The position numbers and the translations under genes are program-made. The notes beneath the pieces were generated by a model that had not been told where the DNA came from, searched no databases, and saw only the letters and a program-made list of their open reading frames with translations. Positions 29,350-37,818 of a stretch of DNA of 64,000 nucleotides are shown piece by piece. The stretch lies in assembly GCA_937892155.1 (NCBI GenBank), contig CALAUG010000045.1, positions 81-64,080 on the forward strand, in the 5' to 3' direction. Position 1 is the stretch's first letter; the number at the start of each line of letters is the position of its first letter. Source of the DNA: an uncultured Bacteroidales bacterium (GTDB lineage: Bacteria > Bacteroidota > Bacteroidia > Bacteroidales > UBA1715).

Positions 29350-29922
29350 TTAATGTTCCCATTCTAAATTTTCAACATTGAACCTAATAATTTGTCTACC
29401 TTCTTGGAAAAATGGAGCTTCGATTTTAAGTTCTTTAGCAGTTTTTATATTTGAAATAATTTTTTTAGTTGATTGTAGGAATATTAATCCTGAACTAACA
29501 TCCTCAGGTTCTGAATAATAAACATTAAAAGGTTCTTTTTCATCAAATTTAAGTCTGACATATTCAGTCCCTAAACTACCTAAAAATTGACAAGAACTTC
29601 CTTGTAACATAATGTCTGTTCTTCCATTACTTTGATATCTAAGAGTTAATGTGAAATCACTGCTGCCATAAGGAAACTCAAATTTAAGTTCATTAAGAGA
29701 AGTATTAGATGCAAAATAATATTTTGTACCATCCATTTCATTTGAAGTTTGAGAATATTGCCAAGGAGATTTATTTTTTTCCTCGTTTTCTACATTAGCT
29801 GGAGAACCATTATCATCTTTTTTTTTAGTTTCGCTATCATCAGGTAACAATATTCCAATAAAAATCAAAACTCCTAATGTTATTAAAAAATATTTTAAGC
29901 ATCCTTTTTTTGTTATTTCCAT
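29350..29922 (-). CDS. membrane-anchored orphan protein (190 aa)
   Basis: N-terminal TM helix YFLITLGVLIFIGILL, an acidic/Lys linker, then a beta-rich domain. No family recognised. Confidence 0.6.
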   Translation of the reverse strand: MEITKKGCLKYFLITLGVLIFIGILLPDDSETKKKDDNGSPANVENEEKNKSPWQYSQTSNEMDGTKYYFASNTSLNELKFEFPYGSSDFTLTLRYQSNGRTDIMLQGSSCQFLGSLGTEYVRLKFDEKEPFNVYYSEPEDVSSGLIFLQSTKKIISNIKTAKELKIEAPFFQEGRQIIRFNVENLEWEH

Positions 29923-30006
29923 AGTAATTCTTTTTTATAATGCCTACTTCTTTTTCCCGACTTTCGGCATGCGTCGGAGTACCAAGGTGTTCTTCAATAC
30001 ACACAT

Positions 30007-30037
30007 AAAAAAAGCGCAGTACAAATTGTATCTCGCT
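30007..30037 (-). terminator. candidate Rho-independent terminator ~200 nt downstream of the PRTase-like gene
   Basis: Minus strand reads AGCGAGATAC-AATTT-GTACTGCGCT (imperfect stem) followed by TTTTTTT. Confidence 0.45.
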
Positions 30038-30107
30038 CTTGAAGGCGTTTGGCATGCCCTAACCAACAAAATAACAATTATGTCCACGCTTAGTGAACAC
30101 TTACTTG

Positions 30108-30156
30108 TTATTCTTTCTGGTTGTATGGTCGCCAAACTTTTCAAGAGAAAGAATAA
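30108..30156. repeat. 11-bp perfect inverted repeat (TTATTCTTTCT-N27-AGAAAGAATAA)
   Basis: Read directly. Lies in the non-coding spacer between the PRTase-like and 190-aa genes. Confidence 0.7.
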
Positions 30157-30227
30157 AGCAAATGCTTTTTTCTATTAAAATGTGCGTACAACTACGCGTT
30201 TACTTCATAGGCAAATTTTTTAATTGT

Positions 30228-31031
30228 TTATACTGTTTCAACCATTAAATCTTTTCTACCAATCAAACTGAAAATTGTTATTTGATTGTCTTCATTTAGC
30301 AATCGCAGTGTACGAAGAATTTCGTTCAACGTGGAACCGCTTGTTGCTATATCGTCAATTATTAGAATATTTTGTTTCCGAATTGCTGCACAAAGTTGTT
30401 CGTCTGTTTCGTTTTTAAAACGCAGGAAATGTTGCATATATGGTCTAAAACGACTCTTTTTAACGTCCTTTGCAATAGTAAAATAATCCTTCTTATGAAT
30501 TAAGTCCATCATATTTTCAATGGATTTTTTTACTTCCTGCTTTTGTGTTTCGGTATAACGAGCTCTGCCATCTTCCAATGTATCGTTAAGATATTGTTTC
30601 TCGTATGCGTCAATATCAAATGAAATGCTTTCTGGAATTGACTTTACCAATTCTAAATACTGAAGCGAAGGTTGCGAAAAACGATAAATATATCGCAACA
30701 TATATTGGTTTACTTTGCTTGACGATTCTGGCATTATAACCAAGTCGTAATCATAAAGATTGATTTTTGTGTGAAGATTATTTATAGCCTTTTGTATGAA
30801 CTTGGTTAAATTTTCATTGTCAACAATAGAATCTGAAAATTTCACATATTTAATGAACTGACTTCTGACACTGCCACTAACTTGATTCGAAAATTCATAT
30901 CCATAATAAAAACATTTTCCAAATGCTTCTACTTGATAACCATTGCCCGTTAAGTGTATGACATCGCTAACGCCATCGTGTTCAAAATCAAACACAAAGC
31001 AATTATTTTCTATGTCAAAAGTTACACCCAT
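30228..31031 (-). CDS. phosphoribosyltransferase-fold protein with unrecognised N-terminal region
   Basis: PRPP-binding loop NILIIDDIATSGSTLNE near the C-terminus, preceded by DLVIMPESSS. The N-terminal ~100 aa and a ~90-aa helical segment match nothing I recognise. Start lies 2 nt after the upstream gene's stop. Confidence 0.7.
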   Translation of the reverse strand: MGVTFDIENNCFVFDFEHDGVSDVIHLTGNGYQVEAFGKCFYYGYEFSNQVSGSVRSQFIKYVKFSDSIVDNENLTKFIQKAINNLHTKINLYDYDLVIMPESSSKVNQYMLRYIYRFSQPSLQYLELVKSIPESISFDIDAYEKQYLNDTLEDGRARYTETQKQEVKKSIENMMDLIHKKDYFTIAKDVKKSRFRPYMQHFLRFKNETDEQLCAAIRKQNILIIDDIATSGSTLNEILRTLRLLNEDNQITIFSLIGRKDLMVETV

Positions 31032-31033
31032 TT

Positions 31034-32029
31034 TTATAATTCATTATAATCACCAACACTCAATTCATCGGCGGATTTTTTCATTTTTACTGAATTTCCA
31101 ACCATTGAATTTGTAATATTAACGTGTTGCAATGTACTGTTAGTCTGAATTATTGAATTTGAAACTACAGAATTTGAAATTTTTGTTCCAGCACCAACCG
31201 AAACATACGGTCCAACTACAGAATTTTCAATTTCAACATCGTCGGCAATGCAGCAAGGCTCTATAATTGTAGCATTTTTACAAGTTGCCGTTTTTGAAAC
31301 CTCGTTTCCGTAAGTTGCCAACAACCGTTGATTGGTATTTACGGTAGCATTTTTATTTCCACAATCCAACCATTCATTTACTTGACCAATATAGAATTTC
31401 ACGCCTTTATTTTTCATATTTTCCAAAGCATCGGTCAACTGATATTCTGTGCCTCTAATTACATTATTATCAATCAAATACTGAAGTTCGGAACGTAAAT
31501 TTCTTCCATCTTTGAAATAATAAATTCCAATGATTGCCAAATCGGAAACAAAATCTTTTGGCTTTTCAACAAAATCGGTAATCATACCGTCGTTATTCAG
31601 TTTAACAACGCCAAAAGCCGATGGATCTTCAACTTTTTGAACCCAAATAATCGAATCTTTTGAAGTATCAAGATTAAAATCGGCAATAAACAATGTGTCG
31701 GCAAAAGCAACAATCACATTTCCCGAAAGAGATGTTGATGCACACAAAATAGCGTGTGCAGTTCCTTTTGGTTCTTCCTGATAACAAATTTTTCCCTTAG
31801 CACCTAATTTTGATGCAATATTCAACAACATTTGCTCAACATCTTTTCCAAAACTTGGATGAATGATAAACGCAATTTCTTCGATGTGCTGCATACACAC
31901 ACGAGAAATATCTTCTACTAAACGTTGTACTATTGGTTTTCCTGCAACAGGAATTAATGGTTTTGGAATTGAAAGTGTATGAGGACGCATCCGTTTCCCC
32001 ATACCAGCCATAGGGATAATTAATTTCAT
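31034..32029 (-). CDS. sugar-phosphate nucleotidyltransferase with C-terminal left-handed beta-helix
   Basis: MKLIIPMAGMGKRMRPHTLSIPKPLIPVAGKPIV signature, and C-terminal hexapeptide-like repeats (IENSVVGPYVSVGAGTKISNSVVSNSII). Confidence 0.8.
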   Translation of the reverse strand: MKLIIPMAGMGKRMRPHTLSIPKPLIPVAGKPIVQRLVEDISRVCMQHIEEIAFIIHPSFGKDVEQMLLNIASKLGAKGKICYQEEPKGTAHAILCASTSLSGNVIVAFADTLFIADFNLDTSKDSIIWVQKVEDPSAFGVVKLNNDGMITDFVEKPKDFVSDLAIIGIYYFKDGRNLRSELQYLIDNNVIRGTEYQLTDALENMKNKGVKFYIGQVNEWLDCGNKNATVNTNQRLLATYGNEVSKTATCKNATIIEPCCIADDVEIENSVVGPYVSVGAGTKISNSVVSNSIIQTNSTLQHVNITNSMVGNSVKMKKSADELSVGDYNEL

Positions 32030-32072
32030 TTTACAACTCTTATCTCTTAATTCTTAACTCTTAATTCTTAAC

Positions 32073-32507
32073 TTACTTCACTCCCGTGTGGCCGAATCCA
32101 CCTTCGCCACGAACAGTTTCTGAAAGTTCTTCAACTTCAACAATTTCGGCTTTTGCATATTGTGCAATAACCATTTGACAAATTCTTTCGCCATCGTTTA
32201 TAGTAAACGGTTCCGTAGAAAGATTTACCAAAATGGCTTTAATTTCGCCGCGATAATCTGCATCAATAGTACCAGGAGAATTCAATACAGTGATACCAAA
32301 TTTTGCTGCCAAACCACTTCTTGGACGAATTTGTGCTTCGTAACCTTCAGGCAATTCAATAAATAAGCCAGTAGGAACAATAGCTCTTTCCATAGGTTTC
32401 AGTACAACAGGATTATCTAAATTTGCACGCAAATCCATTCCCGCAGAATATTCTGTAGAATACGCAGGCAACTGATGTTTCGATTTGTTTACGATTTTTA
32501 ATTTCAT
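32073..32507 (-). CDS. dut: dUTP diphosphatase
   Basis: [29 protein letters not shown] motifs. 144 aa. Confidence 0.95.
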   Translation of the reverse strand: MKLKIVNKSKHQLPAYSTEYSAGMDLRANLDNPVVLKPMERAIVPTGLFIELPEGYEAQIRPRSGLAAKFGITVLNSPGTIDADYRGEIKAILVNLSTEPFTINDGERICQMVIAQYAKAEIVEVEELSETVRGEGGFGHTGVK

Positions 32508-33165
32508 TGTTCGATAATTTTTTGTGAAGGTACTATTTTAATTAATAGCTAAACATTGAAATTCAATTTTTATAATTAAAAAATTACAAACAAGGCCAAT
32601 CATCACTAAAGTATCAATATATTTTTCTTATTTATTTTTAATTAATTTTCTTGATACTGATTATATGTTGTGAATTGGTTGTAAAAATTAATTCGGAAAG
32701 TTTGTTTTCAACAGATATTGAATTTTAGTAACAAATATCAACACGTTTTAAAAGTATTAAATTATTGAGTTTCAATATTATTTAAGGTTTATTAACAATT
32801 ACTCGATTATGCAGTTTAACAAGTAATTGTTTATTTTTTTTTGCTTTTCTTTTTGTTGGTTTTACTGTTGAAAATTGGTAATCTGAATGAAAAACTTTTT
32901 TTGCTGTTTTAAAAAACTTGTATACCACTGTAAGATTTTTTATTTCCAAAAAAGTTTGATTGATTTTATCACTATAAATATTCACTAAATAGTTAGTGTT
33001 TTTAACAGATATTAACACATTGGTGAACAGACATATATTTTTTTCACTAAGTTTTTTTCCTTGTATACAATCTTTTTTTGTGTTTATGGTGTGAGTGTTG
33101 TGTTAAATTCGTTATTCAATATTTACATTGCTCGTAATTTTATATATAGAGAATAAAAAAAAAAG

Positions 33166-33173
33166 TATTTTTG
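33166..33173 (+). promoter_or_regulatory. candidate -7 promoter box TATTTTTG for ybeY-mnmG
   Basis: TAnnTTTG match ~40 nt upstream of the ybeY ATG. Confidence 0.3.
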
Positions 33174-33211
33174 CCCTCGTTAGATGTTTGTTTCATTTGA
33201 TTTTCAACTAA

Positions 33212-33631
33212 ATGCAAATAAATTTTTTTCAGGAAGACGCTAAATTTCCTTCTGGATTGCGTAGAACAATGTTTCGTTCAGTAGCTCAAGTAATTGTGCA
33301 AAACGAATCGAAGAAAAAGATAGATTACATCAATTTCATTGCTTGTTCCGATAATTACCTGCTTGGAATCAACCAGGATTATTTGAAGCACGATTATTAT
33401 ACCGATGTAATTACGTTCGATTATTCTGAGACCGAAATTGCGTCTGATGTATTTATGAGCATTGATAGAATTGAAGACAATGCGAAACAGAATAAAGTAT
33501 CTAAATTGAATGAATGTTATAGAATTTTAATTCATGGTGTTCTTCATTTAGTTGGATATAAAGACAAAACGCCTGAAGATAAGGCAGTTATGACTCAAAA
33601 AGAGGATTATTATTTGAGTTTGGTAGGTTAG
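33212..33631 (+). CDS. ybeY: rRNA maturation endoribonuclease YbeY
   Basis: Zinc motif HGVLHLVGYKD. 139 aa. Confidence 0.9.
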   Translation: MQINFFQEDAKFPSGLRRTMFRSVAQVIVQNESKKKIDYINFIACSDNYLLGINQDYLKHDYYTDVITFDYSETEIASDVFMSIDRIEDNAKQNKVSKLNECYRILIHGVLHLVGYKDKTPEDKAVMTQKEDYYLSLVG

Positions 33632-33635
33632 GACT

Positions 33636-35501
33636 ATGTTACAAGAATATGATGTAATTGTTGTTGGTGCTGGACATGCAGGCTGTGAAGCTGCTGCCGC
33701 TGCTGCTCGTTTGGGTTCACAAACATTGTTGATTACAATGGATATGACTAAAATGGGAGCAATGTCGTGCAATCCAGCAGTTGGTGGAATTGCTAAAGGA
33801 CAGATAGTGAGAGAAATAGATGCTCTTGGTGGTTCTATGGGAAAAATTACCGACGCGTCTTCCATTCAATTTAGAATGTTGAACAAGTCGAAAGGCCCTG
33901 CTATGTGGAGTCCACGTTCACAGGCCGATAGAACATTGTTCATTAAAAATTGGCGCGAGGAATTGGAATCAATTCCTAATCTTGATTTTTGGCAAGATGC
34001 TGTAAGTGAATTGATTATAGATAAAGATACGGTAGTTGGCGTAAAAACTATTTGGGGAATTTCCATCAAAGCAAAATCGGTTGTTTTAACTAATGGTACA
34101 TTCCTTAATGGTTTGATGCATATTGGTCGTTCGCAGGTCGAAGGTGGTAGAATAGGGGAGTTGCCTTCGTACAAATTGTCTGATCAAATTCGAGATTTTG
34201 GTTTCGAAGTTGGTCGAATGAAAACGGGAACTCCTGCAAGAATTGATGGACGTACAATAGATTTCTCGAAATGTAAGGAACAGAAAGGTGACGACGAAAT
34301 AGGACATTTTTCTTTTATGCCGCGAACAAAACCACTGTTGCCTCAACTAAGCTGTTGGATGACATATACGAATCCACAAGTTCACGAGGTACTTCATTCT
34401 GGTTTTGCGGATTCTCCACTTTATAATGGAACAATTAAAAGTATTGGCCCTCGATATTGTCCAAGTATAGAAACAAAATTGGTGACGTTTGCCGACAAAG
34501 ACAAACATCAACTTTTTCTTGAACCGGAAGGCATCAATACGTGCGAATATTATTTGAACGGATTTTCTTCATCATTGCCGGCTGATGTTCAGTATAAAGC
34601 AATGAAATTGTTGCCAGGTTTGGAAAATTGTAAAATTTTCCGTCCGGGTTATGCTATAGAATACGATTTCTTTATGCCAACACAGTTAACTGCTTCGTTG
34701 GAAACAAAAATGATTAAGAATTTGTTTTTCGCCGGTCAAATCAATGGAACAACTGGTTATGAAGAAGCTGGTGCGCAAGGTTTGATGGCGGGTATAAACG
34801 CGGCTTTGAAAGCTACCGAAAAAGATCCATTCATTCTTCATCGTGACGAAGCTTACATTGGTGTTCTTATAGACGATTTAATTACGAAAGGAGTGAACGA
34901 ACCTTATCGTATGTTTACTTCGCGTGCCGAATTTAGAATTTTGTTACGTCAAGATGATGCAGATTTTCGACTTACTCCTAAGGGAATTTCACTTGGTTTG
35001 GTTGATGATGCTCGTAAGCGTGCCTTCGAAAATAAAATGTCGGCTACGGCAAAACTGAAAGATTATGTCTGCGAAAAAAAAATAACTATGGCTCAAGCAA
35101 ATCCAATTTTGGAATCACTTGGAAGTAAACCATTGCAGGAATCTGTCAAGTTGAATAATTTGATTGCTCGTCCAAATGTTTCGGTAAAAGATTTTAATCT
35201 TGACAAAAATAAATTCATAGAAACTGATGACGTTGAATGGGAAACTGTAATGGAATCGGTTGATATTGATATTAAATATTCAGGTTACATAGAAAAGGAA
35301 CGTGCGATAGCAGAAAAGATTTCTCGTCTTGATTACATCAAAATCAAAGATAAAATTCCATACGAGCAAATTGAATCATTGTCAACTGAAGCACGACAAA
35401 AACTGGTAAAAATTAATCCAGAAACAATCGGGCAAGCTTCTCGTATTAGTGGAATTTCGCCAGCAGATATTAACGTATTGCTTGTATATCTTGGAAGATA
35501 A
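33636..35501 (+). CDS. mnmG: tRNA uridine-5-carboxymethylaminomethyl modification enzyme MnmG (GidA)
   Basis: YDVIVVGAGHAGCEAA FAD motif, GPRYCPSIE, GQINGTTGYEEAAAQG-type region. 621 aa. Confidence 0.97.
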   Translation: MLQEYDVIVVGAGHAGCEAAAAAARLGSQTLLITMDMTKMGAMSCNPAVGGIAKGQIVREIDALGGSMGKITDASSIQFRMLNKSKGPAMWSPRSQADRTLFIKNWREELESIPNLDFWQDAVSELIIDKDTVVGVKTIWGISIKAKSVVLTNGTFLNGLMHIGRSQVEGGRIGELPSYKLSDQIRDFGFEVGRMKTGTPARIDGRTIDFSKCKEQKGDDEIGHFSFMPRTKPLLPQLSCWMTYTNPQVHEVLHSGFADSPLYNGTIKSIGPRYCPSIETKLVTFADKDKHQLFLEPEGINTCEYYLNGFSSSLPADVQYKAMKLLPGLENCKIFRPGYAIEYDFFMPTQLTASLETKMIKNLFFAGQINGTTGYEEAGAQGLMAGINAALKATEKDPFILHRDEAYIGVLIDDLITKGVNEPYRMFTSRAEFRILLRQDDADFRLTPKGISLGLVDDARKRAFENKMSATAKLKDYVCEKKITMAQANPILESLGSKPLQESVKLNNLIARPNVSVKDFNLDKNKFIETDDVEWETVMESVDIDIKYSGYIEKERAIAEKISRLDYIKIKDKIPYEQIESLSTEARQKLVKINPETIGQASRISGISPADINVLLVYLGR

Positions 35502-35502
35502 G

Positions 35503-35524
35503 GAAACTTTCCACGTGGAACAAT
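35503..35524. repeat. copy 1 of 22-mer GAAACTTTCCACGTGGAACAAT (palindromic core TTCCACGTGGAA)
   Basis: Read directly. Starts 2 nt after the mnmG stop codon. Confidence 0.9.
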
Positions 35525-35552
35525 TTTATTATATGCGTTATTGAATTAAAAA

Positions 35553-36818
35553 ATGGAACAAAATTCGAATGAAACTTTCCACGTGGAACAATCTCAAAAA
35601 ATAAAAATTTTTGAGTTGTCGAATGGTGTAAAAGTTGTTTTGTCATCAGCCGATTCTTCTGCTTCGTATGTCGGACTTTTTGTTGCTTCGGGTTCTCGTG
35701 AGGATGAAAAATACTTGGGAGTTTCGCATTTGATTGAGCACGCAATTTTTAAAGGTACGTCGAAACATTCCTATTCCGATTTGATGAATATCGTAGAGTC
35801 GGTTGGTGGGGAAATGAATGCATATACGGCAAAAGAGGAAACATGTTTTCAAATTGCCATTGCGAATAATTATATTGAACGTGCTTTTTCTGTTTTGAGT
35901 GAAATATTCTTCGATTCAATTTTTCCCGAAGAAGAACTTGAGAAAGAAAAAACAGTTGTGATTGATGAAATAGAATCGTACGAAGATGTCCCAAGTGAAA
36001 TGATTTATGATGATTTCGAAGAAAATCTTTTCGCAGGTCATTCTTTAGCAACAAATATTCTCGGTACAAAAAAATCTGTAATGAAAATGAAACGAGAGGA
36101 TTTGTTGAAGATGTATAAGAAATTATATATTCCAAATCAGCTCGTTGTTTCGTATGTTGGAAACGAAGATTTGGGAAAAATCTCTGGATTGGTGGAGAAA
36201 TATTTTGCACAATCTATTGAAAATCAATCAAATAATATCGATAAAATTCGGTTTGTTCCACGTGGAACAATTTTTAATTTAGAGAAAAATAAGCGTACGC
36301 ATCAAGCTCATTGCGTGCTTGGCTCTTTTGCTCCGTCAATGAAAAACGAGTTGAAATATGCGGCTTCGCTTTTGACTAATATTCTTGGCGGCGTTTCGTT
36401 CAATGCTTTGCTGAATTTGAAACTTCGCGAAGAGAAAGGATTGACGTACAATATTGAGGCAAATTATACTGCGTATTCCGACACTGGAGTGTTCGCTGTT
36501 TATTTTGGAACGGATTATTCCAAGGTTTCAACTTGTCGGCAAGTTATTGCAGAATTATTTGAGGATATTATTAAAAATGGTTTTTCGGACGAGCAACTGT
36601 CTGCTTATAAAAAACAAATACTTGGCCAGTTGACTGTTTCCGATGATAATTATATGTCGCTTATGCTGAATAACGCAAAATCTGTTTGGTGGTTCAATCA
36701 TGTGGATTCATTGGAAGAAGTGACTGAAAAAATCAATTCAATAACGAATGAGATGGTGAAGGAAGTAGCGAAAATGATTATTTCACCAGAAAATATGAAT
36801 GTACTGATTTATAAATAA
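35553..36818 (+). CDS. M16 family (pitrilysin/insulinase-like) zinc peptidase
   Basis: HxxEH zinc motif in GVSHLIEHAIFKGT. N-terminal ELSNGVKVV is typical of M16. 421 aa. Confidence 0.85.
   Translation: MEQNSNETFHVEQSQKIKIFELSNGVKVVLSSADSSASYVGLFVASGSREDEKYLGVSHLIEHAIFKGTSKHSYSDLMNIVESVGGEMNAYTAKEETCFQIAIANNYIERAFSVLSEIFFDSIFPEEELEKEKTVVIDEIESYEDVPSEMIYDDFEENLFAGHSLATNILGTKKSVMKMKREDLLKMYKKLYIPNQLVVSYVGNEDLGKISGLVEKYFAQSIENQSNNIDKIRFVPRGTIFNLEKNKRTHQAHCVLGSFAPSMKNELKYAASLLTNILGGVSFNALLNLKLREEKGLTYNIEANYTAYSDTGVFAVYFGTDYSKVSTCRQVIAELFEDIIKNGFSDEQLSAYKKQILGQLTVSDDNYMSLMLNNAKSVWWFNHVDSLEEVTEKINSITNEMVKEVAKMIISPENMNVLIYK
35571..35592. repeat. copy 2 of 22-mer GAAACTTTCCACGTGGAACAAT
   Basis: Identical to copy 1 and 68 bp downstream of it, inside codons 7-14 of the M16 gene. 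Confidence 0.9.
36253..36270. repeat. copy 3: perfect 18-bp palindrome TTGTTCCACGTGGAACAA
   Basis: Read directly. Lies inside the M16 gene in a different reading frame from copy 2. Confidence 0.9.
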
Positions 36819-36819
36819 T

Positions 36820-37383
36820 ATGAAAGAAGATTTGAAAAATTGTTGTGACATTCTTCGTAAAGGTGGCACAATTCTCTATCCAACAGATACAATTTGGGGA
36901 ATTGGTTGCGATGCTACAAATGCAGAAGCAATAGATAAAGTTTTCAAATTGAAAAATCGCGATGGAAATATTCCCTTGCTTGTTTTGGTGAATTCGGTTG
37001 CAATGCTTGAACGGTATGTGGAAGATATGCCGCAAGTTGCATACGATTTAATTGATTGCGCAACTTCGCCAATGACTATAATTTTTGATAAAGCCAAAAA
37101 TCTGCCAGCAAATCTTATAGGACAAGATGGAAGTATAGGAATTAGAGTTACAAGCGAACCATTTACTGACCAATTGATTCAACAATTTAGAAGACCAATC
37201 GTCTCAACTTCGGCAAATATTCACGGCGCTCCAACTGCGCAATTTTTTCAAGAGATTGATAGCCAGATAATTAATGGAGTTGACTATGTTGTAAAGTATC
37301 GACAAAACGATACAACGAAAGCAAAAGCATCTCAGATTATTAAATTGTCCAATAGCGGACAAATAACTATAATTCGAAAATAA
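36820..37383 (+). CDS. tsaC: L-threonylcarbamoyladenylate synthase (TsaC/YrdC type)
   Basis: GGTILYPTDTIWGIGCDA, RPIVSTSANIHG motifs. 187 aa single-domain form. Confidence 0.85.
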   Translation: MKEDLKNCCDILRKGGTILYPTDTIWGIGCDATNAEAIDKVFKLKNRDGNIPLLVLVNSVAMLERYVEDMPQVAYDLIDCATSPMTIIFDKAKNLPANLIGQDGSIGIRVTSEPFTDQLIQQFRRPIVSTSANIHGAPTAQFFQEIDSQIINGVDYVVKYRQNDTTKAKASQIIKLSNSGQITIIRK

Positions 37384-37808
37384 TGACAAAGGAAGAAGTT
37401 CGCGAACAACGATTTTCACATTCGTTAGATATTCAAATTCGTTTTACCGATATGGATATGAATGGTCACGTTAACAATGGTGTGTATCATTCATATTTTG
37501 ACATGGGTAGAATGCACTATTTTACAGAAGTTTTTCACGCAAAAACAGGAAATACGTTAATTGCTCAGGTTAATACTTCGTATGTGAAATCAGTATTGGC
37601 CACAGATACAATTTGTATAAAAAGCAAAATCGTTCGTTGGGGAAATTCAAGCTTCGACATGCTTCAGGCAATTTTTGTTCAAAATGCTGACTGCCAAGAA
37701 CTTGCGTGTTATAATGTGACGACTTTTGTACATCTCGATAATGGTAAACCTTCTCCTGTTCCTGATTCTTGGAAACAGGCGGTTTCCAATTTTGAGAAAG
37801 ATGTGTAA
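37383..37808 (+). CDS. acyl-CoA thioesterase, hotdog fold (4HBT/YbgC-like)
   Basis: IRFTDMDMNGHVNNGVYHSYF motif. 141 aa. Confidence 0.75.
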   Translation: MTKEEVREQRFSHSLDIQIRFTDMDMNGHVNNGVYHSYFDMGRMHYFTEVFHAKTGNTLIAQVNTSYVKSVLATDTICIKSKIVRWGNSSFDMLQAIFVQNADCQELACYNVTTFVHLDNGKPSPVPDSWKQAVSNFEKDV

Positions 37809-37818
37809 TGCTTTATTA

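Noticed and set aside
29944-30178. ORFs 29944-30144 (-), 29840-30055 (-) and the full 69-aa ORF 29969-30178 (+)
   Set aside because: They have no recognisable family or start signals and they overlap each other inside a structured non-coding spacer. Only the internal 32-codon hydrophobic ORF is kept, as a speculative alternative in the finding on this spacer.
30228-31031. Retron or other reverse-transcriptase-linked defence system built around the PRTase-fold protein
   Set aside because: No reverse transcriptase, no msr/msd-like inverted repeats of the expected kind, and no other recognised defence gene appears anywhere in the window. The PRTase fold alone is insufficient evidence.
32782-33018. 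78-aa Lys/Asn-rich ORF in the long AT-rich spacer
   Set aside because: Its composition is what AT-rich non-coding DNA yields by chance. No TAnnTTTG box or other start context lies upstream and I recognise no family. I left it unannotated but mention it in the finding on this spacer.
32508-33211. oriC next to mnmG/gidA
   Set aside because: Scanning by eye found no exact TTATCCACA/TGTGGATAA, and the best candidates had two or more mismatches. There is no dnaA or dnaN gene nearby, and gene orientation does not switch cleanly here. I kept it only as a low-probability alternative.
35503-35592. Sigma-54 (-24/-12) promoter reading of the TGGAAC-containing repeats
   Set aside because: The motif lacks the conserved GG-N10-GC arrangement (TGGCAC-N5-TTGC). 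The dyad symmetry and the intragenic third copy fit a protein-binding palindrome better.
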